A DNA stretch of 14,074 nucleotides from Fidelibacterota bacterium (lineage in GTDB: Bacteria; Fidelibacterota; Marinisomatia; Marinisomatales; S15-B10): the NCBI GenBank assembly GCA_046861655.1, contig JBHIAI010000043.1:1-14074 (forward strand), in the 5' to 3' direction. Numbering within the stretch: the first letter of the stretch is position 1; each line of letters starts with the position of its first letter. The translations under genes were made by a program, and so were the position numbers. The notes under the pieces are model-generated. The model saw only the letters and a program-made list of their open reading frames with translations, did no database searches and had not been told where the DNA came from. This document shows positions 1 to 7,008 of this stretch, piece by piece.

Positions 1-52
1 CTGGGAGTGAAGTTTACTCAATCAGATAAGTGTGGTCAAGCAGAATACGGTC

Positions 53-85
53 GGCAGTAGCAGTGGCAGTTGGCACCTGGCAGTC
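53..85 (+). repeat. Degenerate 6-7 nt tandem repeat, (G)GCAGT-like, 5 units
   Basis: GGCAGTA-GCAGTG-GCAGTTG-GCACCTG-GCAGTC, with GCA(G/C) cores at 54, 60, 66, 73 and 80. Confidence 0.6.
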
Positions 86-148
86 CCGAAAATGCGTCGG
101 GATCTTTGCCACGCTTCGATTGGCAGGAAGATGATGAAGTTCGTTTTG

Positions 149-204
149 GCGTCTATCGTCTAACGCATTACGAATCACGCGTTACGCATTGCGGATTACG
201 CAAA
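149..204 (+). repeat. Degenerate heptamer tandem array, 8 units, consensus approximately ACGCATT
   Basis: Units are GCGTCTA TCGTCTA ACGCATT ACGAATC ACGCGTT ACGCATT GCGGATT ACGCAAA. CG recurs at an exact 7-nt period (150, 157, 164, 171, 178, 185, 192, 199). Confidence 0.8.
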
Positions 205-274
205 GCCAGGTGGGAGAAGCTGTTAACTGATGATGAAGGACTGTACATTGTGACACCAATCAGGAGGCTTGAAA

Positions 275-721
275 ATGGATAAAGGGCAACAACAGACGGC
301 CACGAATCCGGTGTTGAGAAGTGACTTCGACACTTTTGAGAAAATGACTACTCGCTGGAAGGACATGGACGCGGTGGGACACGTGAATAACGCCACCTAC
401 CTTACCTACCTGGAATCTGCACGAATCCATTACATCCAGAAACGGGGGTTTGCTCATGAGAAAGCCAACGAGGTTCCCTTCATCGTGGCTTCCATCAAGA
501 TTGATTTCTTAAAGCAGGTTGTGCATCCGGCCGTTCTCTTTGTAGGGCAGAAGATTGTAAGGGTTGGCAACACAAGCTTTGACATACTATCCGGTATTTT
601 CAAGGATGAGGAAGATGAGCCTTCGGCGACGGCCGTCACTACCATGGTGTGCTTCGATTACAAGACGGGAAAAGCCATCCCCGTTCCCCGTATCATCCGG
701 GAGGAACTGGAGAGAGAGTAG
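275..721 (+). CDS. Acyl-CoA thioesterase, hotdog fold (4HBT/YbgC/FadM-like)
   Basis: Signature DMDAVGHVNNATYLTYLESAR, plus VASIKIDFLKQV, RVGNTSF and C-terminal FDYKTGKAIPVP. ATG at 275 lies 7 nt after AGGAGG (262-267) and is preferred over the TTG at 269. Confidence 0.92.
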   Translation: MDKGQQQTATNPVLRSDFDTFEKMTTRWKDMDAVGHVNNATYLTYLESARIHYIQKRGFAHEKANEVPFIVASIKIDFLKQVVHPAVLFVGQKIVRVGNTSFDILSGIFKDEEDEPSATAVTTMVCFDYKTGKAIPVPRIIREELERE

Positions 722-890
722 GGATCTATTCTCCCGGCATGTCCCAACGAAAGGTCCACAAATCTTTCCTCCTGATGAGACTAGCAAGCTACCCCTGGCG
801 ATTGGCTCACGGGTGCCTCTTCTGCCAGTTCATACTGGAGATAACGTCCATATTCCCCATCCAATGATTACTTGTAAGGGCCTGGGCACC

Positions 891-1652
891 TTACTGTGAA
901 CTGTATTTCTTAACCACCGCCAAGACCAATTCCATCATCCGCTTGTTACCCGCTGCCCAAAGCTCTTTCTTTTGAGCATTATCCAGCAGGATGTGTTCCC
1001 TCTGTCTTGGATTGTCAAAAGCGTAGTGAATAGATATCCTATCCATGTTGAAATACTTGGCAACGGCGAAGGTCGACGCTGTTTCCATGTCTACGGCGGA
1101 AAACCCTGCTCTAAACCAGGCCTCGATTTCCTCAATGCCCTCGGCAAAAAGTGCTGAAGTCGTGTACATAGCACCGGTCCGGAGTTCCACTTTTCTCACC
1201 CATCCGGCATCCATCCATTCCCGAAGATTGAGCGATGCCGTGACGGTAGTTTCCCCGGGTTCATAGTATTGAGATGCCCCTTCCCCACAGTAAGCCTCTG
1301 TAGCTGCGAATAGGTCGCCTACCCTCAGTCCGTCGGCAAGTGCGCCGCAATTGCCCGTTTGGACGACCAACGAAGTGCCGAGTACACCGAATAAATGAAC
1401 AACCTCTGAGGCCATTGGCGCACCGTAAACAGACGCGTACGCTACCGGGGAACCGTCAAGATCACCTATGAGCACATCCTCCAGGATGCCATTAGGGGTC
1501 TGGACTTCAAGGATGTTCGTGAAATGCGGCTGGGCTTGGTGATAGTACTGCCGGAGGTTCCGGGTCCCCCGCAGGATTAGCGCTTTTGGTATTCTGCCCT
1601 CTGGTATGCTCAGGAGGGAAAGCCATTCATCTCGGGTTAGATCTTTGAGCAT
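891..1652 (-). CDS. Nucleoside phosphorylase-I family protein (PNP/UDP phosphorylase-like)
   Basis: Motifs YGAPMA, QTGNCGAL..GLRVGDL, GEGASQYY, GAMYTTSALFAE and GFSAVDMETAS. Start reassigned to ATG at 1652 (MLKDLTRDEW), which is preceded by GGAGG (1667-1663). The ORF-track extension to 1826 does not look protein-like. Confidence 0.85.
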   Translation of the reverse strand: MLKDLTRDEWLSLLSIPEGRIPKALILRGTRNLRQYYHQAQPHFTNILEVQTPNGILEDVLIGDLDGSPVAYASVYGAPMASEVVHLFGVLGTSLVVQTGNCGALADGLRVGDLFAATEAYCGEGASQYYEPGETTVTASLNLREWMDAGWVRKVELRTGAMYTTSALFAEGIEEIEAWFRAGFSAVDMETASTFAVAKYFNMDRISIHYAFDNPRQREHILLDNAQKKELWAAGNKRMMELVLAVVKKYSSQ

Positions 1653-2003
1653 GACTCGTTTTCCTCCGCTATGGCGTCGGATCCAACAACCGTGACGATC
1701 CCCGCGGTTCGTTCCATGATGGTCTTCAGGTCGAACTATTGGCTGTAGAGCTGAGAACCCGGTGGCCCGGCACAAAGTCAAACTTAGTCCCTTAGGAACG
1801 CCCGTCCAACAAAGAAGAGCTGGCAAAACCCACGCGGTTTTGTCTTCTACAATAACGCAGGGAATCTTAAAATCCTTAGGTTGCTCTTCTGGGACCCGGT
1901 GCCATGTGAACCGGCACGAACTCCCGGATCTTTTTCATCTGTAAAGAATCCAGGGCGGGTTCCTTGGCACCGAATAGCCCCGAGGTAGGGGTGCTCAGGG
2001 CTG

Positions 2004-2032
2004 TTGACTTCCCACACCGACTGTGGTAATTT
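2004..2032 (+). promoter_or_regulatory. Sigma70-type promoter for the operon (-35 TTGACT, 17-nt spacer, extended -10 TGn-TAATTT)
   Basis: TTGACT 2004-2009, TG 2024-2025 and TAATTT 2027-2032, directly upstream of the first operon gene. Confidence 0.65.
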
Positions 2033-2055
2033 CGGTTTCAGGGTTAGGTAAGAAT

Positions 2056-4245
2056 TTGCAAAAGGACGTTCCGCTGGCATTCCTCGCCCGGTTTGGGGGT
2101 TCCATCTATTCGCGCGTTGCGTGTTTATTCCTCGCTGTATTGGTCAGGGTGAACGGCCAGGGTTTGGTACCTGACGTGTTTGACAAGTACACCTCCGTGG
2201 GACAGCTGGGGGTAATCGTCACAAATTTTGGGGTTATGGGAAATGGCTACAACAAGATCAACGGAAGGATTCTCCCGTCCTGCCAGTACAAGCAGCATAC
2301 GGAAATCTTGAGGGAGCAGGTGGAACATTTCTCCTATTCCGGGTTGTGGGTGGGCGGTATCGTCAACGGCGACAGGAGGGTATCCACCGCGATCGTGGAC
2401 GGGGTATTCGAATCGGGACAGGAGGGATTTGAGTTCACCCCCACTTCGGGCATCACTTTCCGGTCCACCATTTCCTCCACGTCTGAAGATTCTATGGCCA
2501 AGTACTATTCCCCATACGCCGTATCCCATCAGGATATCCTGACCGATTTCAAGGATTTCGGATTGAACCCGGGGGACAATTTTGGAATCCCCAATCACAC
2601 CCCCCTTGGGATCCGCGTTCACCTCGAGACCTACGCCTGGAATTTCACCTTCGCCGACGCCTTTGTCATTCTGAACGCCACGATTACCAATGAGTCCCAG
2701 GAGACCATCCGGGACTTGTACGCCGGGATTTGGGCCGACGTATCGGTGGCCAACATGAATTACACCAGCGAATATGAGCCCGGGGGCGGGTTTACCTGGT
2801 ACGACAATCTGGACGGATTCGATCAGTCGGTGGACCCCAGCGGTTTCACCCGGGATATTGCTTACCAGTACGACGTGGATGGGGATGACGGATGGGCCCA
2901 GTCCTACATCGGCCTTACCGTTCTCGGGGGCACGGTTCCCCGTCCGCACTTCAAATCGCACTTCAATCAATGGGTCTGGTCCAGCGCCACCAACTCGAAC
3001 TATCCGGAATACGTGATGCCACTGAACGACAGGGACCGGTACGATCAATTGAGTTCCAGCGTTCCCCGCCGGTTCACCGAGGATTACACTTCAGAAGGTT
3101 ACCCAAACGCCCCGAACAGCTGGTTGATGATGGTCTCTGCGGGCCCGCTGGGAAGTCATCCTTTAACTCCCGATTCATCGAGCTGGGAGCTGGCCCCGGG
3201 CGATTCCTTCCATGTGGTGTTTGCCATCGCGGCAGGAAGATGGAAGGGGGGTGGAGGGGACACTCCATCCAGAAGGGGCAATCTCCGGATCAACGCCGAC
3301 TGGGCCCAGAAAGCCTATGATGGCGAGGACAAGAACCGGAACAACCGGTTGGACCCGGGAGAAGACCTGGACTCGGACGGCGAGATCGACCGGTACGTCC
3401 TCCCTGCACCGCCGCCCGTTCCCAACATGACGGTGGATGTGGGGGATCAGTCCGTGACCATTTACTGGGCCGACAACGCCGAGGACTTCATCGATCCCAT
3501 CAGCCGCCAGAAGGATTTTGAAGGGTACCGCATTTACGGTGCCCGGAAGACCGTTGGGGAGGACGTTTCCGAGTTCACCCTTCTCGCCGATTTTGACCGG
3601 GCCGACAGCAGTTACCTGGACGTGGGGTACAACACGGGCCTGGATTCCATAAGGATAAAGAATGCCCACGGGGCTCCCGACAGCGTTCTGATTGACGGAC
3701 GGTACTACCAGTACAGTTTCACAAACGAAGACCTGAAGAACGGCTGGCTCAACTATTACGCGGTGACTGCCTATGACCGGGGCGATCCTGAGGCAAACCT
3801 GGGCAGCCTGGAAAGTGCTGTCCACGCGAACAGGAAGTACGTGTATCCCGGAGTTCCGCCGGCGGGAGACGATTGGGTCCTCCCCCCCGGCGTATATCCG
3901 AATCCCTACCGGGGCCAGGCGGCCTGGGAAGGCTACAGCAGCCGGGATCGCATGATCTGGTTTACCAATCTTCCCGCCAAAGCCGAGATCCGCATCTTCA
4001 CCCTGGCAGGGGACCTGGTGGACGTCCTGGAACATGACGCCGGCACCTACCGGGGTCAGGACGTCCAGAACATCGATGAGTTCAAATCCCCCCGGTTGAG
4101 CGGGGGGGAACATCCGTGGGATCTTATCAGCCGACACGATCAGGCTCTGGCTTCCGGACTTTATCTTTTTACGGTAGAAAACAAGGATCCTCAAAGCTCA
4201 AGCTACAAGAGGATAAGAGAAGGTAAGTTCCTGGTTATCAAATAG
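2056..4245 (+). CDS. Large secreted protein of unknown function with FN3-like domain, tandem Ca-binding-like loops and variant T9SS-like CTD
   Basis: Signal-like segment RVACLFLAVLVRVNG-Q. FN3-like region PPPVPNMTVDVGDQSVTIYW...DFEGYRIY...YYAVTAYD. C-terminus VYPNPY...IWFTNLP..AEIRIFTLAGDLV...WDL...LASGLYLF...GKFLVIK. The start is uncertain: the GTG at 2023 lies inside the predicted promoter, so the in-frame TTG at 2056 was chosen. Confidence 0.85.
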   Translation: MQKDVPLAFLARFGGSIYSRVACLFLAVLVRVNGQGLVPDVFDKYTSVGQLGVIVTNFGVMGNGYNKINGRILPSCQYKQHTEILREQVEHFSYSGLWVGGIVNGDRRVSTAIVDGVFESGQEGFEFTPTSGITFRSTISSTSEDSMAKYYSPYAVSHQDILTDFKDFGLNPGDNFGIPNHTPLGIRVHLETYAWNFTFADAFVILNATITNESQETIRDLYAGIWADVSVANMNYTSEYEPGGGFTWYDNLDGFDQSVDPSGFTRDIAYQYDVDGDDGWAQSYIGLTVLGGTVPRPHFKSHFNQWVWSSATNSNYPEYVMPLNDRDRYDQLSSSVPRRFTEDYTSEGYPNAPNSWLMMVSAGPLGSHPLTPDSSSWELAPGDSFHVVFAIAAGRWKGGGGDTPSRRGNLRINADWAQKAYDGEDKNRNNRLDPGEDLDSDGEIDRYVLPAPPPVPNMTVDVGDQSVTIYWADNAEDFIDPISRQKDFEGYRIYGARKTVGEDVSEFTLLADFDRADSSYLDVGYNTGLDSIRIKNAHGAPDSVLIDGRYYQYSFTNEDLKNGWLNYYAVTAYDRGDPEANLGSLESAVHANRKYVYPGVPPAGDDWVLPPGVYPNPYRGQAAWEGYSSRDRMIWFTNLPAKAEIRIFTLAGDLVDVLEHDAGTYRGQDVQNIDEFKSPRLSGGEHPWDLISRHDQALASGLYLFTVENKDPQSSSYKRIREGKFLVIK

Positions 4246-4253
4246 TCAGAAGA

Positions 4254-4260
4254 AAGGAGG
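4254..4260 (+). promoter_or_regulatory. Strong Shine-Dalgarno sequence
   Basis: AAGGAGG 7 nt upstream of the ATG at 4268. Confidence 0.8.
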
Positions 4261-4267
4261 GAGAGAC

Positions 4268-6949
4268 ATGACAAAAATGGGCAGAGGGATTTCTGTCCTT
4301 ATGGTGCTGGGTCTTCTGGCCTTTTCGTCCGGCCAGGACATCACGTCGATTTACGACATCCAGTACGTGGCGGATCCGTCCGCCGATGATGCCAGTCCTC
4401 TGGACGGCTCGGAGGTCACCATCACCGGCGTGGTCACGGCGGAATTCTGGGGTGGCAGCAGCGAACGCCAGATTTTCGTTCAGGATTCGGCCGGGGCCTG
4501 GAGTGGCATCATGGTCTTCGAGTACGGCGGATTCGACGCGTTCGACATCATCGACACCAGCGGTGCCACCGTGCACTCTGTGGCCGAGGGTGACAGCGTG
4601 CTCATCACGGGGACCGTGGACGAATACTACGGCAAGACAGAAATCACGAGTGTGACCTCATTCAAGATCCTGGGAAGACCCTCCAACCCCATAGAGCCTA
4701 TCACTGTATCCCCTGGCGACATCAAGACGGGATCCGCGACGGCCGAATCTTACGAAGGGGTCCTGGTCAGGGTAGCGAATGTCACGGTGGCCGATCCGGA
4801 CCTCGGTTTCGGAGAGTGGTCTGTGACGGATGGAACGGACTCGGTCCGCGTGGACGACCTGTGGGATTACTTCTACTGGCCGGAAGCCGGAGAGTCCCTG
4901 GCCGAAGTGGTGGGATGTCTGGACTACACGTTCAGCGATTTTAAGATCCAGCCCCGTCTGGCCCGGGATGTGGCCGAATCGGGCACCACCCGGATCCAGC
5001 GCCTGCAGCAGGTTCTTTACAGCGATCTGCTGAAGGCGGGGGTGGATGCCGTTTCGGACACGTCGTACATGACGGGAGATACGGTGACCATCGAGGGGAT
5101 CGTGACCATGCCCACGGGCTTAAGCTATGCCGGTGAGGGCATCAAGTTCATCTATGAGGATGAACATGGCGGTCCCTGGAGTGCCATCCTGTCGTTCGAC
5201 GAGGACAGCACAGCGTTTCCGGTGCTCTTCGAAGGAGACGTGGTGAGCGCCACGGGGTTTGTCTCCGAGTACACCACAGGTCCTTCCAACATGACGGAGC
5301 TCTTCATCACGGAGCCGGTGGAAATCCTGGACACGGGTGTGGATCAACCGGAAGTGGAATACGTGATGACGGGAGACCTCCGGTGGCCCACGGAAGCCGA
5401 ACCCTGGGGCAATGTCATGGTGAAAGTCAAGGACGTGACCGTGATCGAAGATAATCTCCCCTTTGGCGAGTGGTCGGTGGACGACGGATCGGGAAAGGTG
5501 AACGTGGACGACGACTCCGACAGCATCTCTGTCTGGCAGGACACCTACGGTCGTCCTCCGGTGGGGACCGGAATCGATTCCATCCGGGGATGGGTGTATC
5601 ACCATTTCGGAGGGTACGCCGATTCCACCGCTTACAAGCTGGAGCCCCTGTACGCGTCGGACATCGTCATCGGTGCCGGTCCGCCCTCCATCCGGGATGT
5701 GGAAAGAGTTCCATGTGTGCCACTTCCCAGTGAGGATGTGACCATCAGCTGCGAGGTGAGCGACAATTCCGCCGTGGCCAGTGTGGTCATCATGTACTCG
5801 GTGAACGGCGGGGATTACCAGACGGCGTCCATGACCAATACGGGCGGGACGACCTGGTCGGGCACCATTCCGGCTACTTCAGCCGAAGACGCCCGGGTGG
5901 ATTACTACGTGAAGGCCACCGATGACGGCGTGGACCCCGGGGGGGCTCAGAGTACTACCTATCCCGGCGACACGGCAGAAAACCAGTTCGGCTATGTCAC
6001 CAAAACGGGAGACCTGGACATCGCAGACATCCAGTACACGCCGTGGCCAGCCGGGGATTCCCCCTTTGACGGGTGCGAAGTCACGGTTACCGGAGTAGTC
6101 ACCGGGGACACAGCCCAGTACTACAGTTCCTACGGTGCCTATGCCCTTCAGAGCGAAACCGGTCCATGGAACGGTGTGGTCTTTGAATGGGACGGGGATC
6201 CTCTCTCGAGAGGGGACATGGTGACCATCACCGGGATGGTGGAAGAGTACGATGAGGCGTGGCACTTCAAGTACGACAACAACACCAAGATCATCGATGT
6301 GGACACGGTTGATGTTCTCAGTTCGGGCAATGAGATGTTGCCTCAGCTGGTGACCACGGCCGACCTGGCCGGCGATGCCGACGAGGTGGAATCCTACGAA
6401 GGGACTCTGGTGACACTTGAAGACCCCGTCGTGGTATCCCTGAACCAGTATGACTGGAGCGTGATGGATGCCTCAGGCGTCTCGTGCCTGATCGATGACG
6501 ACATGGCCACCGACGAAGCCGATGCCTTTCTCGGCACCCTTGAAGAGGGTCAAAGGCTCGAGTACGTAACCGGGATTTTCAATTTCAGCTTCGGCACCTA
6601 CAAGATTCAGGTGAGAGACCTGGACGACATAGGTGCGGTGACCGCTGTGGAGGACTTTACCCCGCAGCCTTTCGCCTTCAAGCTGTATCCGAACTTCCCC
6701 AATCCTTTCAACCCCGAGACTCGCATCCGGTTTGAAATCCCCAGCCGGGAGAGTGTGAAACTCATCATCTATGATGTGAGGGGTTACCGGGTAAGGACGC
6801 TGGTCAGCGACGTCTTCGGAGCCGGACATCACGTTGTGAATTGGGATGGCCGGAACGACGACGGCAACCTGGTGAGTTCCGGTGTCTACATCTACCGGAT
6901 CAAGGCCGGCGAATTCCTGTCTCACAGGAAAATGACCCTCATCAGATAG
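4268..6949 (+). CDS. T9SS type A CTD (FlgD-Ig-like) secreted protein with three ExeM/YhcR-like OB-fold modules and one Ig-like domain
   Basis: Sec signal peptide ending AFSSG-Q. Three ~210-230-aa internal repeats (I.DIQY...SP..G..VT.TGVVT...G.W.G...GD.V..TG.V.EY...ESYEG.LV...W.V.D...DD...(F/Y)K(I/L).(P/V)). CTD LYPNFPNPFNPETRIRFEIP...IYDVRG..VRTLV...WDGRNDDG..VSSGVYIYRI...KMTLIR. Confidence 0.9.
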   Translation: MTKMGRGISVLMVLGLLAFSSGQDITSIYDIQYVADPSADDASPLDGSEVTITGVVTAEFWGGSSERQIFVQDSAGAWSGIMVFEYGGFDAFDIIDTSGATVHSVAEGDSVLITGTVDEYYGKTEITSVTSFKILGRPSNPIEPITVSPGDIKTGSATAESYEGVLVRVANVTVADPDLGFGEWSVTDGTDSVRVDDLWDYFYWPEAGESLAEVVGCLDYTFSDFKIQPRLARDVAESGTTRIQRLQQVLYSDLLKAGVDAVSDTSYMTGDTVTIEGIVTMPTGLSYAGEGIKFIYEDEHGGPWSAILSFDEDSTAFPVLFEGDVVSATGFVSEYTTGPSNMTELFITEPVEILDTGVDQPEVEYVMTGDLRWPTEAEPWGNVMVKVKDVTVIEDNLPFGEWSVDDGSGKVNVDDDSDSISVWQDTYGRPPVGTGIDSIRGWVYHHFGGYADSTAYKLEPLYASDIVIGAGPPSIRDVERVPCVPLPSEDVTISCEVSDNSAVASVVIMYSVNGGDYQTASMTNTGGTTWSGTIPATSAEDARVDYYVKATDDGVDPGGAQSTTYPGDTAENQFGYVTKTGDLDIADIQYTPWPAGDSPFDGCEVTVTGVVTGDTAQYYSSYGAYALQSETGPWNGVVFEWDGDPLSRGDMVTITGMVEEYDEAWHFKYDNNTKIIDVDTVDVLSSGNEMLPQLVTTADLAGDADEVESYEGTLVTLEDPVVVSLNQYDWSVMDASGVSCLIDDDMATDEADAFLGTLEEGQRLEYVTGIFNFSFGTYKIQVRDLDDIGAVTAVEDFTPQPFAFKLYPNFPNPFNPETRIRFEIPSRESVKLIIYDVRGYRVRTLVSDVFGAGHHVVNWDGRNDDGNLVSSGVYIYRIKAGEFLSHRKMTLIR

Positions 6950-6960
6950 GCAGAAGAAAC

Positions 6961-6989
6961 AGGGGGGCCTTCGGGCCCCCCTTCTTCTT
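6961..6989 (+). terminator. Intra-operon GC-rich hairpin with C(UUCG)G tetraloop; leaky terminator or mRNA-stabilising stem
   Basis: Perfect 9-bp stem AGGGGGGCC-TTCG-GGCCCCCCT (6961-6982), followed by an interrupted tail TCTTCTT. Confidence 0.8.
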
Positions 6990-7008
6990 GCTCTTGCGTG
7001 CGGTACGT

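Noticed and set aside
1..60. Possible 3' end of an upstream + strand CDS (frame +1 ends at TAG 58-60; frame +3 ends at TAA 27-29)
   Set aside because: Too short to determine the frame or identity.
70..282. 70-aa ORF upstream of the thioesterase
   Set aside because: It has a TTG start without a clear RBS, runs through both repeat arrays, and has no recognisable family.
745..785. CGAAA...CTGATGAG resembling a hammerhead ribozyme core
   Set aside because: Only about 5 nt separate the putative cleavage triplet from CTGATGA, so stem I cannot form, and there is no convincing stem II.
1681..1810. RYYYAAC motifs (ATCCAAC 1681-1687, GTCCAAC 1804-1810) suggesting integron attC sites around the phosphorylase
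   Set aside because: There is no matching GTTRRRY partner with an attC-like palindrome, no such site downstream of the gene, and no integrase.
6841..7008. ORF-track N-terminal extension of the lipoprotein
   Set aside because: It overlaps the upstream gene's CTD and crosses the hairpin. A proper lipoprotein signal begins at about 7009.
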